Shown here one piece after another: positions 12,377 through 25,065 of a stretch of DNA of 64,000 nt; positions within the stretch are counted from its first letter, which is position 1, and the number at the start of each line of letters is the position of its first letter. The notes beneath the pieces were generated by a model that was not told the origin of the DNA, made no database searches, and worked only from the letters and a program-made list of their open reading frames with translations. The translations under genes and the position numbers were made by a program. The DNA is from Perkinsus chesapeaki ATCC PRA-425 (taxonomy: Eukaryota; Protista; Perkinsozoa), in the NCBI GenBank assembly GCA_013115145.1, contig JAAPAO010000098.1:1-64000 (forward strand). Reading direction: 5' to 3'.

Positions 12377-13390
12377 TCAGAAGTACAGGGCGTAGAGTTC
12401 AAGATCCTCTTCATCTGAAACGCAACGGTTCTGAGCGTTTTGCTCTACAACTACAGCCCAGTTTACTCAGAACGTTGAGGAATCCCAGCTTCTTATCGAG
12501 TGCGACTTCTTCTTTCAAACCGTGGGGAACAGCCACGGTCATACCAATAACACCCGCGAATCCTCTTGCCTGAGATGGGGGACTTCCATTGCAAGGCAAA
12601 TCACATGAGTATCATTGAACGAGCGCTACAATGAAACGAGATGTTGCACTATGCTACTTGCCACCTTAGTACGCTAAATTTTCGATATGCAGGTTTGAAA
12701 CCCAGATCCTTACGAGCTCGATACTGAGTTCCACGAGGATTGATCCAATACCGCGTCCTCTGAAGTCACGGGAAACCATAACCTGAAGATCTATGGAATG
12801 ACGAGTCTCGCCAATCTCCGTGATGAGAGGCCGTCAGTGAGTCATCTCCGATCCACCAATGATATTGCTAAGTTCAGCATATTCCTCCCTGCCTACCTGA
12901 TCTATGTAACCGAAAGATCCTTTCTTTTTGGGATCCGGCCTGAAACGAGAACAACGATATTGGCTATGTGGCTAGTACGAGGCGTAACGCGTTCAGTAGA
13001 AGCACGATCAGTCTCAATACATCTTCGCCCTGACCGCGGCATCTTCCTCCTTGCTCAGCGTCTCGGGTGTGGTCGTCGAAATAAACCCGATAACAGCCTG
13101 ATACAAATAGCAACCTTCTACACACCAATTGACATGAGCTGGTCGTAGCGGAATTTACAAACATAGACCAAAGAGCTCATAGATTAAAGAGCGGATCCTA
13201 CATGGGCGCCTTCATCGAGGTGAACTGCTACCAAGCAGGGGATACCGATAAATTTCCTCTTCTCGCACCGCCAGTGAAATAGAGTACTGCTGTTGTAATA
13301 GTCACCTGGTTGATAGAAGCGACACGTGATAACAGCGGTTGAAGAGAGAGGAATGATGGAAACTATACTTAAGATGTAGGAGTTCCACAT
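12377..13390 (-). CDS. GNAT-family N-acetyltransferase with predicted signal peptide (copy 3), mosaic of copies 1 and 2
   Basis: MWNSYILSIVSIIPLSSTA, YIDQ|VMVSRDFRGRGIGSILV, EVALDKKLGFL (Tyr-to-Asp in motif B), same C-terminal exon as copy 2. Confidence 0.75.
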
Positions 13391-13439
13391 GATTAAGGAT
13401 ACAACCTGTGGCGCAGCATGAAGTGACTCATAGCAAGTA

Positions 13440-13900
13440 TTCCCCTAATGACTCATAACGAGGCCTGAAAGCGAGGATGACTGATAGGCGGCCCTCTAAT
13501 CCGCACCGGCTCTGCGGGTCCTAGTCAGGTTGGGTCCGGTGCGTGGCCATTCTAGAGCCTTTGCGACAGGCGCCGCCCGATGCCGTGCACGCACGATATC
13601 ACCGATGAGTTGTCACCAATAATTTTGAACTAGCATGTAACATCGCAGACACGTTATTCCTAAAAATCGAAAGAAATCCGATTTACAAGTTTCCTACACG
13701 GTTGCACTATCGTAGAGCGGCTTGTATTCGGTCTTTCCGCCCTGAAGCGACCCTGATATCCCCACTGCCTCGCCTGTGGCCCTCGAGTGAAGGAGTGTGA
13801 AAGGAAGCTTGCGTCATGGGCTGAGCTTTGACGTGGCGCTGCTTTCGATCAGGGGTTTAATGGTCCGGGACCATTGGTGCCTTTCGGTTTCCAGGGGTTT
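13440..13900 (+). repeat. Diverged older relative of the 531-bp element, immediately upstream of GNAT copy 3
   Basis: Shared blocks GCACCGGCTCTGCGGG, GGTTGGGTCCG, GCGACAGGCGCCG, GAGTTGTC, CATGGGCT..G.TTTGACG; a further fragment at about 8110-8250. Confidence 0.6.
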
Positions 13901-14978
13901 ATTTTTTGAAGATGCTAGAGTTTTTGCGGCTATGCTTTTTTGATGCTACTCATTGATTTCCGATCAAGGTAATAGGACCACAGAAGAATGATCTCAGTTG
14001 CGGGATGTTGCCGAACTCGAATCTGAGTGTGTTAGGATATACTTACCATGTATGCAGAACATATATCCAGTATATCCATCGATTCGGCCGCCTTAGTTGT
14101 TTCTAAACTCTCCGTTGCCATGAATATGTTGCCCAGAGTATTTATCATCAAGTACGCTATAACCTAGTGAAGTCGACTTGCTCATCGTTTTAGAATCCGA
14201 ACAACTTATCGATTACTTGCTAGTCCCAAGTTGGGAGTTCCGACGAGCTTTCCTTTTGAAGGCCCAGTACATAGCTCTGAGGAAGTATTTTCCTAATTCT
14301 GTAGGGCGCCCTCGTGGACCACGAGCCGTAACCCACCTTGAGGGTTTGATCTCCGTTCGAAAGCGATGTAACTTTCATATCTAGCTAGCAGGCGCTCGAA
14401 GCTATTCAAGTTGTATTTCAGCTCTAGCCTTCACTTAGTAGGTGTTGCGGCAACACTGTTGCCAATAGTCACTGTAGGTCGAACTACAAGCGGATCCCAA
14501 ATCCTGATTCTTGTTGCCGTGGCTCATAGCAGGGAGTCTATTCCCCCTGAGCACTAACTTTCTTGGTGTGACTTGAGGCATAGTCCATGCCGCATAGATA
14601 GCGCTGATCTATTTGCTAGCCTTCCATCTGCAGTTGCCCATCCGTCGTGCAGAATCTGGAATTTACTGCCAAACATCCGTGACCCATTCCTCTGCATCCA
14701 CTGTGCATCCGGTCTCTCTATGATGATGAGACGGTAGGTATGCTGGTATGCAATAGTGGAGCATTGCGAAACAGAGGAGAGCTATAAGTTACTCCAGAGT
14801 GCAGCTCTGCGGCTCGTGTATGCGTGGTTTCGTACAAGGGGGCTAGGCGGGAAATAGATTGTGTGTGTGAGAGTTTATAGTCCAACGCCGAAAATTGGCT
14901 TAGTTAGACTATCCATTCTCTGTGCAGCTTCAGAGCGAGAATTTAATACCTAAACTGTTAAATAGATTGTATTATTGT

Positions 14979-15074
14979 ACCAATAACGTCTGCTGTGTCG
15001 CTGCCCTTATGTGTCGACCATAGATTACCAATAACGTCTGCTGTGTCGCTGCCCTTATGTGTCAACCATAGATT
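14979..15074. repeat. 48-bp direct tandem duplication
   Basis: ACCAATAACGTCTGCTGTGTCGCTGCCCTTATGTGTC(G/A)ACCATAGATT twice. Confidence 0.9.
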
Positions 15075-15396
15075 ACTTCAGGATAACACACGATGTGCCC
15101 CAGAGCGAAACAATTAATTCCCTCGTCGCTACAGCAGGCTGCCAATACAAAGAGGATGGGTCGTTTACCACTTGCTCGCACTAACGTGACTGACCTTGCA
15201 CTGTTCGTGGAAGCTATGGAACTTTTTCGAATTTCATGTGAAACTTCGACAATACGCTCAGCATCGGAACCTCCGCTCCGGAAGGTACCATCCAAGTGTA
15301 ATTAAACCGATGGCCACCGGCAACGTGGCTTGGTAAGCGAGGCTTTCAACGAGACAGTTACAAGTTAATCACTCTTTACATGTCGAGTTTGTCACC

Positions 15397-15735
15397 TCAG
15401 AGTCCGGAGGCCACCAACATGGTGCGAACTCTGCACTCGCGTTTTAGTATTCTCATGAAGCCATTGTAATCGCCCTTACTATCAGGGTCGATATGATATG
15501 GGTAATCAATAGTATATAGAGTGTATGTCCGACCACGGACCGTCGCTTCCTCTGTAACAGTTTTAGGGTGATTGATGTCGTTGAATCGCAGCTCAATACA
15601 CGTCCACGTGTCAATCCCTGCAAAATATGTCCTTTTCAGGTCGAGGCCCAAACACATAGTGGTGGCCGATACTTGAAAGATGACCAGATTACCAGGGATT
15701 TTGAAGACCATGAGGCAATTGTAAATAAACTGCAC
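15397..15735 (-). CDS. Hypothetical protein exon or gene fragment
   Basis: 112-aa open frame with protein-like composition (YFAGIDTWTCIELRFNDINHPKTV...); no family recognised. Confidence 0.3.
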   Translation of the reverse strand: MQFIYNCLMVFKIPGNLVIFQVSATTMCLGLDLKRTYFAGIDTWTCIELRFNDINHPKTVTEEATVRGRTYTLYTIDYPYHIDPDSKGDYNGFMRILKRECRVRTMLVASGL

Positions 15736-16358
15736 TGAGCCGATTGATCGTCAGGGTGCTGAAGGGATAATATCGCAAGTTATCTGTAGCTCGACAACAG
15801 ACCTATAGTGACTGAATGACAGAATGGGATATCCAGCATTTCCGCGAGTTCCTTATTGGAGGGTCGGAGAGTGGGTTCGAAGTTCGAACCTAAGTTCCCT
15901 GAAACAGCTTCAGCGAACCTGCGATTCAGATGGTACGCTGGACTCATATTCAGAGATGCGGGAAGCTCCCTAGTGGGCTTTCAATAAGCACACATATATT
16001 CACGATTAACATCACGGTTGCAACAGAAGTTTCGTTACCGGGGGGTTTGTTATAAAACCCCCGGAATCCTGGGCAAGGATGTCAGCGAAACCTTCCAGTG
16101 ATAACCAGACTGGAGAATAAACCATTCCACTTCAAGAGAATGGGTAATACCCATTGAGTATATCGAAGTTTACTTTGGTTATAACTAGCACTCGGTAGTA
16201 ACCCCTAGCGGAGGCCTCCCATGAGCTAATGTGAGTAATGGATTCAGGCATCTCTAACAAACTCAAACCATTCCGAGTCTGACATCTTTAATCTTCAACA
16301 AGAATGCGCTGTTAAGCCTACTGTGAGCGGCCTCCAGTGGAGGCCCTCCACTATATTT

Positions 16359-17480
16359 TCAACTACTCAACCAACCTTGAGCAAGCTCTACGTACTCTCC
16401 TATGGTAACCGTTTGCGACTTCAAATCGAAAGACGCAAAGTAGTTCGAGAAGAACGGGCACCCAAGTATAACTTCAGGCTCGTCAGAATGAATGATTGCG
16501 AGGATGCACCATCCACTATCGCATTTGGCCACGTACTTTGAAGGTGGAATGTGTATATTAAAAGGATGTTGTCAATCACCCACTGAGAACGTCAACACTG
16601 GCAAGAAGTCCAAGCCCTTCTCCTCTATGAACCAAGTGTTCCGGGAAGTCTTAACATACACGTCCGAACCATTGTCGGCACTTGTGAAAGTTACAATTTG
16701 ATTCAACACCGTCTCAAATATCGCCTTTGGCAGAGCGACAGAATAAGCTCCTGTGTCGTATACGAGAGACCTTTGGGGTGTTTCACGAGTGAATATATGA
16801 CCTGTAGAGCTAATAAGACCGAACGAGGAAAGGACCGAGTCGAAGAAGGCCCACTTGTGAGGCTCAGTCATCGGAATTGTGGTAAGAGTTGGCTTGACCT
16901 TACACAGCCCTTTCCAGTCACCAAATATCAACGTGCCTTTGAACGAGAGCACATGACCGGGGGAGCAAATCGTCACCGCGTATTGCTTGATGAGCCCGTT
17001 GCGGAAGAGTTGTCTTGGGACAGTCTCGGGACTGGGACCAGTAGGAAAACCGAGACCGAGGAAGTTCTTGGGTTTTCCATTTGGTATTCGGTCGCCAGGA
17101 GAGAAGCCGATAATCAAGCGAAATGTCATGGTCATCTGGGACTTACCAATAGAAGCAGTTCCTTGATGTAAAACTGAAGTTATTTCCGAGCCATCAGAGA
17201 ATGTGCGGACGTCCCTCTCCTTATCATAAGGGTCGCATTTCTCAGGACAAGAGTAGCAGCCTGGCTCAAACGTCTTACATGAACCCTTCCCGTACACTTC
17301 CTCATACCAATCTTTATACACCACAAATGTCCCACTGAGGCCAGTGTCCATGAACATTTTGAGCGGTTCACTGTCTAGGCTCACTCCCGTAACAATACCA
17401 TCGTCGAAAGGCAATGATAACTGGCCGTGAACATGGAGTTGCAAACTAGCGAAGCATATACCGATAGTTGTAGTTCGCAT
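16359..17480 (-). pseudogene. Intronless pepsin-like (A1) aspartic protease with signal peptide, interrupted by one in-frame TGA at 16572-16574
   Basis: Two catalytic DTG motifs (FMDTGLS, YDTGAY), FLGLG; after the TGA the frame continues QHPFNIHIPPSKY...VILGCPFFSNYFASFD, the canonical pepsin C-terminus, to a stop at 16359. Confidence 0.85.
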
Positions 17481-18582
17481 AATAACTACCGCGTGGAAGC
17501 TGTGCTGCAAGCGGAGCTCAGTTGCAGTCGAAAATAGACACCGCACACTGGTGACGTGACACTATCTACTACAGTAGAATTTGTCACCTAACGTTGCTTA
17601 ACCTGCATTCCTGAAAGCCCTTTAACTTGGTTAAGTCCCGTCGGCGTACAGGTCTCGGGTGCAATGATGGACACAGATTTCTCCTAGTAGCCGAGCTATT
17701 ACCATGGCCTCAGGTAAGACCAGCATAGCAATAGATGGTGGACCCGCTGATATGGCATGAAGACAGATGCTTTGATAAAGGTAGCTAAACTTGTGTGTAT
17801 GTAGAGTTCTTTTCAGGCGGTTACTAAACGACAACTTGTCGACGACAGGGCTCGCTCGACGAGTTTATTTTCGATGCCTTTCTATATTTTCCTCTTACGC
17901 ATGAACTCGGCACCCGTAAACAACGTTTATCAATGGGTGCCACCCACTGGGCGGTGCCGTCGGCGGAAAGGGCGGGTGGCAAGATTAGCTTGATGGCTCG
18001 AGACTCGAGCTTCAAGTTTCATATCTGGTTGATCTCGGAACACTCTCTACATTGTAGATCATATTCCTACGGCTACCTTCTTCCGTTGTACCCACGTGCC
18101 GTGGCAATCACCGCTCGCCTCCATGCGTACTTACACACAATCGCCGTCGTGTGCCCTCATTCAATGTGTTGAGGTCGTCGAATATTTTCGGTAGCATCTA
18201 ACGCCATCGCACAAACGGAGTATTTGACGAACCGTAATGCCTCAGATCTTGATTCAGAATCTGGCATATAACGTCGAAGCCAACCCTGTTTCTCAACCGT
18301 CGGTGACTAGAAGTTCCTGCAAAAGCTCAGGTTGAGCCGCTCAATCATTGTTAGCAGTTGTGTTTCGAGCGAATGGGTAGAAAGCAAATAAACGGTCAAT
18401 AATGTTGCAGAACAATGAGCCTTTGACGCTGATAACAGTTGCTCGCGATGATCTGTTATACAAGTGATCTCTTGCACTGATGCTTGTGTCATTTCACCTC
18501 GGATCTCCAGTTCAGGTTATGCCTCCCACTACTGGAGGAACAAACAACGTATACATATCCAGAAACAACACATAGAAACATG

Positions 18583-21503
18583 CTAAGATCTCTCCTGTTG
18601 AAGGCGAAGCGCAATATCGTATAAGAGGACGCCACCAGCAATTGAAGCGTTGAGGGAATCAGCTGCCTGAGAAGCAAAGACAGACTGTATGGCTAGTAGC
18701 TCGGGCACGCCCCACCATGGACATCGGTAAAGTGACTCTGGTGCAGCACTCGAGCAGCTCGGAAGAAGGCCCGTGAGCCTCACTGCCAACGACAACCATC
18801 ACACCTTTATAACTGAAACACACAAAGTCTAGTGGCGGGCGGGTTAACCTAACGGTACGCAACTGAGAAGACCACGAACGATGGAAATTTCAGTATGGCT
18901 AGGAGTACGTCAGGAAGACCGAGTGTCGAAGAATACCAAGCATGAAGTGAACGAATATCACGCGTTGGGAATATTCCACGAGTGCCGACCGATGTGTAGC
19001 TTCTCTCTCGAACGGCAAGCGCCATACTCACCCAGCGGCTATAGTTTGGAGGCTGCTGACTGTAGGGAGTGGCTCGGTTCCTTGCTTCCCCACCCCGGCG
19101 GAAGTTGCCACAACTGGAAGTAGGTTGCGAGCGGAACAGAACTTGAGGACACGCAGAGAGTCAACGCCCGTATGAATCGGCAACTTGTTCCAGTGCCTGA
19201 ATATTACAAATTTGAGAAAACGATAAGTAAACCAGAGCGCCACTGATGGTGGTGATGCGCTCACTTTGCTCCGCTCTCTTCCAGAACCTTCCAATCCCAC
19301 GGATCACAGGAACCCGGAGTTAGCACAACTCTGGAAACTCTGATAAAAACGTTAATGCTGCCAAGTATGGCAGCACGAGGAAATACCTCAACGCTGAAGC
19401 CGTTTTCAGTAGTCTTCCGATATTGTCGGTGTACTGGAGTCCGTCCAAGCATAGAACCTAAGCAAAATGTGGCTATGTTAAACTGGACACACTGCTCACA
19501 ATTTCCGGGTAGCTCTCGGTCTCTTGCGACTGGTCGAACGAACATGTACCACGTTCCCAGTCCATTTCTCCAAATTTAGGTATTTCAATATCCGCCACAC
19601 AAAGCCGCTCGTCCGTCACTCCGTAAAGATGTGCGTTGAAGTGATGGTTGTAGGTTATGTGCCTACAAGTGATAGGAATGTCACATCTGTGTTATGGAAA
19701 CTCTTGCAAGAATTGAACGTAAGAGAATAGACTTCAGTCTTAGAGGACGAGGCCGAACTGAGGCTGTAAAAAGACAGCAAACGCAAGCACACGGGGGAAA
19801 ACCGGTTATGGAATGTGTTGTGAGAACTGTTCACTAGAAAGGCCTTCTAAGAATGCGAACTATCTCCCAAAGTCGCACGAAGAGACGTAATACGATAAGT
19901 TGTCGTCGATTGTTGTCGTCGAGAACAACACTCTTATTACTAGACTCTAGTACTTAGGCGTACTGGGATCTTTATAACTAACAACCTTCAGGTCAACACA
20001 CTTAAGGGGGTCTTCACATAATTCATCAGTAACGTGGAGATTAGGAATCACCAACCAATCGAAACCCTTCCAAATCTGGTGGTAGCCTTATCAGTAAAAG
20101 TATCAAGGTTCTTAGTAAAGTATTTGGTGTCCTTGGCTCAGCGTAAAACGTTTCAAAAAGCAGAACGGAAAGTCCGTCACGGAATCTAGCTTTGAGAACT
20201 CGCTTTACTAAAGACACGGTAGACGAATTTTCGGAAGGAGTAATTGCTGAACGGTTCAAATCTAACCAGTAGATTTCACCTTCTTGGATGCCGAAGATCA
20301 AGCTGCTGGTGACTGTACCTCGCTCGCGGAGCGACATTTGGGAATTTTGCGAGAGTCATGTGCACGAAGGTATCAGCGATGTCTATGCTAAAGATAGTGT
20401 GTCAGAGCGTTTCGTCTGTAGAACATAAAGTGTCACCCAAGCTACGTGTTCAGTATGGTTGGGTCGATAAATCTGACCCACTAAGCCTGGCTAGTCTAAG
20501 GCTTAGACTCTAAGCAATAAAATAGACCGGCTAGTCTAAGTGTTGATTCAGCACTGCTGGATCGTCTGCTGACTGATTATTCGCAACTCGCGAACTGCGG
20601 GGATACTCCTCGGGGGATCTGCATCAGTTATCTTGCATCTTGATCCAAAATATTCATCACTCGCTGAGAGCTCTAGTGTTCGCTAGTATGCCAGCCATAC
20701 TCTCCAGCTAACGTAGGCAACTTACACAGCTTCACTAGGCCAAAAGGCTAGTGACTTACTAAGTCACTGCCAAGTGACGCCCTAATAGCACGCCACTATT
20801 AATACTAGCAAAGGCACAGTCTTCAGCAACATGACGATCACTGGCAGTGATTGATTCACTGACGTTGTAGTGCCCTGTAGCAAGAGCTGCTCACATAGGC
20901 TACAATAACAAAAGAAAAGACTTCAAGCGTGGCTAAGAACAGATCATGAGGGACAGAATAGACTTCTAGTGATTTAGTTTGAGGGAAAGAGTATGTCCAG
21001 CCTACTCTAAAAGATCCCTTGGGACTCTGAGAGTCCGATTAGCAAGTATATGATTGTTGCTCATCAGGCCTGGATTCTCGGCCACTACCATAAGCGTATC
21101 GAACTGAAAAGAACATATGGCTATTTAAGCAGACTTGACTTTCCCGATAGCCTCCACAGTCCCCATTATCGCGGAGGAGTTCTAAGCATCTGGGCTGTCC
21201 TCTATTCTCACCTTTTTCCCGGATGCGGCGATCGCCCGTATTGTGTCAAGTCCCTTAACAAACACTCGATCTTGCTCTTCTCTGAATTTATGACTTTTCC
21301 GTAGTCGCACAATGTACTTAGTAAAACTGAGTGATGAGAATAACACCCAACCGGATATCTTAATCTCACCTGTTGGTCCGAGATACAAAGTCATATTGTA
21401 TGCCAGGATCGAGACGGATTTCTGGAACTGGTTCTGGCTCACCACGCCAGAGAGAGCCTTTCTTATTCAGGCGCAATGATGGCAAACGTCGCCATCGAAA
21501 CAT
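18583..21503 (-). CDS. SpoU/TrmH (SPOUT) RNA 2'-O-methyltransferase, probably mitochondrial (MRM3-like), multi-exon
   Basis: N-domain KYIVRLRKSHKFREEQDRVFVKG; LDGLQYTDNIGRLLKTASAL; GSCDPWDWKVL; VVGSEAHG...VTLPM; SLNASIAGGVLLYD; Arg-rich N-terminus MFRWRRLPSLR; start codon approximate. Confidence 0.85.
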
Positions 21504-21695
21504 CAGGAACTTAGTATGCAAAAACTACTGAGGGTCTTCTTTCTGCTTGTCGTTGTCCCCTCGAGCCCTTTAGTGAACACAACGAGAAAAAAGCGCCATA
21601 CCGAGATCATGATCTCCTACTCGAAGACTAAGCTTAGCAACGGTTGTTTTAGTAGCGTTATTGTGAGATCATAATATTCAATAATGAGTCTACTC

Positions 21696-24662
21696 CTATC
21701 GCACCTTCTTAACATCGTTGAAGAGATGACATGCCGCGTTATCTAGTGCTTGCACGCCTGAGAGCAAATAGCAACCTCTGATTGCCTCGCGTCTCTCCAC
21801 ATGTGACCGCTTAGACAAGATATTTCCTGACAGCGTATTCCTCCGGTCACTCTTCAATGGGACTTTCATCAAGCCTAGCGGCGCGTTGCACACTCGTCTA
21901 CAGTCACGTGGAATGCGAAAGATGCCCCGCATTTTCCTCGCCAAACACGTAGAGACTCGCACACCTACAGACTCCCAAGCGTCCCGCGTCGTAGAACTAA
22001 CGGCTCACAGACGCTCACCAAGGATGTTATGTCGTATGACTGGCAGCCTGGTTATTCCTACGCCTCCACCAACTCCTTCAATAAGTCTTGCCGCCTGTTT
22101 GGAACTCTCAAATACCAGCCTTCTCTGAGTGTCAAGTGCATCTTGAGCCTAAGCAACACTCATGGATTGATATAGCAAGCTATTCATTTTCCATCGAGAT
22201 TGACGCAAAACGCTGAGGGTGCGATAGCATCTCGTGTGCACTCATACAAGATCGATCTCCTCCGTGGAAAAGTCACCAAGTCCACCTGTCTTGCTCATCT
22301 CCTTCAGCTTGCTCGATGCCCCCCGATACCTAACACCCCAGCTCAGCAAACGAGGTTATCGAAGCCCTCTCATCGCGATGGCTTAATCTAGCACGAAGAG
22401 TATGCTCAGGCAAAAGCCGCCAGGGAGCTAGAAGGGCTCGCCAGCCGGTCCTGCCCAGTAGACGAATTCGCAAAGTCGTCCGAGACATGACGAAGGTTGG
22501 CATCCCTGGCTACATCTCGATGAGTTTCTCTACATCTGCAGCACTATCAACCAATACCGGCGGCATCTGGTTGATCATGACCTGTTCAATCTTGATACCA
22601 GCCAAAGGCAGAGCCTATCGGATGAAGTAATTCGAAGAGAGCGCGAATTCTGCACCGACCTCGAGCAGCCTCAGGGACTCGTCGACACCAAGCTGAGTTG
22701 GAATTGATACCACGATCTGAGCATTCACTGAGCGAGCGTCGACGAAATTCTCACAAATCCGGACTCTCCAGCGTTTTGAAGCACTCCGTTTAGGTTGTTA
22801 ATGCCTTGTTGGAACTCCTCCACTCTCTCACGGGCCTGCAGCCGATTCAATGGTAACATTTCTGGAACAGCCATCACCTTTTTCAATCTTTCCTGTATTA
22901 TTTCCGGTGCGTGTTCGGAGCTCTTGCCAAGAATGGTATCTAACCAGCTGCCAGAGCCCGACGCTAGTTGTGAGCACTGGGCTCACTGTAGGCCGTTTGC
23001 AGTGGAGTGAACGCCGATAGCGCCGACGATACCCTAGCACATCACGTCAATGTTACAACCGTCAGGTTCGGCTGAACGACGCTACTTGTCGTAGACCTGC
23101 GTGCTTGTCGTGAGCGCTGCTTGAATAAATGTCGGAAGTGTTAATAGCCTCAACGTGTGGCCTGTAGGGGCGGTATCGATTACTATTCTATCGAACTCGG
23201 CATACCTACAAAGGTGCAGTGAGATTTCTACACCACGAAATCGGTCGAAGTGTGGTTTGTTATACGAATCACACTTCGGCCGATGTGCCATAGTGTGTAA
23301 CTTCGACCGATAGTAGTTCATGCGAGTTTCGAATAAGTCCCCCATGAGCTCGCGCGCACATAGAAGTCACTGTAGACGGATGTATAACGGCAAAGCATCG
23401 AGTCTCACAAGGCGACTGGGAAGAAGTGACTTTGGTGAATGCCTGGCTAGTTGCTCACTGTGAACTGTGCAGGAGCTGCATCAGCCTGGCAATGGCAACC
23501 ACTTCGTCCATGCCAGGAGGAGCAGTGGAGGCCTTGGTTATGCTGTCAACAATACCGCCAATCTCGCGTTCTATCGGAGTGGTATCGATGCCAACCTTGG
23601 ACGCTATTGACCTGTCGACAGCGGCTATCGTCTCGCTCGAGCAGAAGTGGGGGACCTCATATCAAGACCGGTCACCTTTTGAACGTTATCGATTGAGACC
23701 GCCTCAGCAAAGTCCTTAAGAGCTCCTTCTGCATCAATCTCTAAACCGTACAAGGATTCCTGAACCAACTCTGCCACCAAGGAAGCAGTCTCTTTGACTA
23801 ATTGAATAAAATTGAGAGTCCTACAAAGGGTATCTATGCAGTATATCGTGAAAGTATCAAGTGACTGATCAACGGTGTCTCGTGGTAGACAATGGGGTCG
23901 GACGTTTGGAATAACTGCTGTCCAAAGACGAGTGGCGATATGAAAGTCGGAAAACAGGATAACATTATCACGAGTAGATACTTCGACAACCGATGGTCAT
24001 CGACCGCCGCACATGCTAGCTGGGTAAGTGCTATATCAATTCCGAAAGATGACCCTCTAAATGAGGCTCCTAGAGGGTTGAGAGCACTTGGTTATGTAAG
24101 AAAATTCAATTTGAAATGTCCTAGGCGTCGAATAGGCAGGTAATAAGGAATACACACTTCTATTAGTGTAGGCTCTCCCTTCAATTTAACTTCTAATGCA
24201 TCCGAAAGACTATGTGCAGGATCAGTAGATACACACAGTGTACCTAATGCATATATAAAACGACAAACCCAATCAACTGGGCTTACGCAAACCACTTCGA
24301 CCGAAGCGCACCGCCAGAGCGGCTGCCCAGGTTGTCTTGCCAACGCCTCCCTTACCTCCTGAAGAAACGGGTTTTTCTAACATGGCCGTTGTGACGAGTA
24401 CTTCCACGATTTCGTATGTTCAATATCCAGCGACTATATAGACTGTTCACAAAACATAATAAGGATTTCGCCGAATTCAATGGCAATAAGTCGATGAACG
24501 ACTTGGGGAAAACTCACCAACGAAAAGATACTTCGGAGCTTCTTTATCAAGCAGGCGATCTAAGTAGATATCTGGCTGCTTTCCGGATGGTGTCGAATAA
24601 CGACGAAGAGTAGAGGAAAGCACTCGAGGGAGCCCGAAAGAGCCACAGCGCCTCATTATCAT
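21696..24662 (-). CDS. ArsA/GET3-family ATPase with mitochondrial-like presequence, multi-exon
   Basis: FVG|GKGGVGKTT P-loop, VSTDPAHSLSDAL, FDRIVIDTAPTGHTLRLLTLP, IVSIPTQLGVDESLRLL, VMINQ; N-terminus MRRCGSFGLPRVLSSTLRRYST. Confidence 0.9.
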
Positions 24663-25065
24663 CGCTGTCATTATAAAGATGATATCAACACAGGAAAGAC
24701 TAGTCTTTGCGGTAGACCGGCAACCGTGGCTATTATAATTTTTAACCCAATCAATTTCCTCGAGATGACTGATCTGGTGCAACTGCTACGTCCCTGAAAC
24801 TGTATCGAGCCTCTAAGCTTGAGAGTCTAAGGCTTGTATTGAATACAACTCAACGCTAACAACATATTAAAAGAAAACAATTAAACAGTAATGGTAACGG
24901 ACACGATACGAACAGAGATACTTTACTTCAACTGTCACATTCCTCCAGAATCATCTCCGCCATTTTCCCAGCCAAATCACCGATCTCTTCTGCGTGCTCG
25001 CTGAGGAGCGCTTGAAGCCTCTAAAAATGCACGCCGATGCGACCATAGACCAACTCGCGAGGAAG

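Noticed and set aside
16038-16064. GC-rich hairpin CCGGGGGGTTT-GTTAT-AAAACCCCCGG as SECIS or Helitron end
   Set aside because: Lacks the SECIS ATGA/GA core and the Helitron CTRR terminus; isolated
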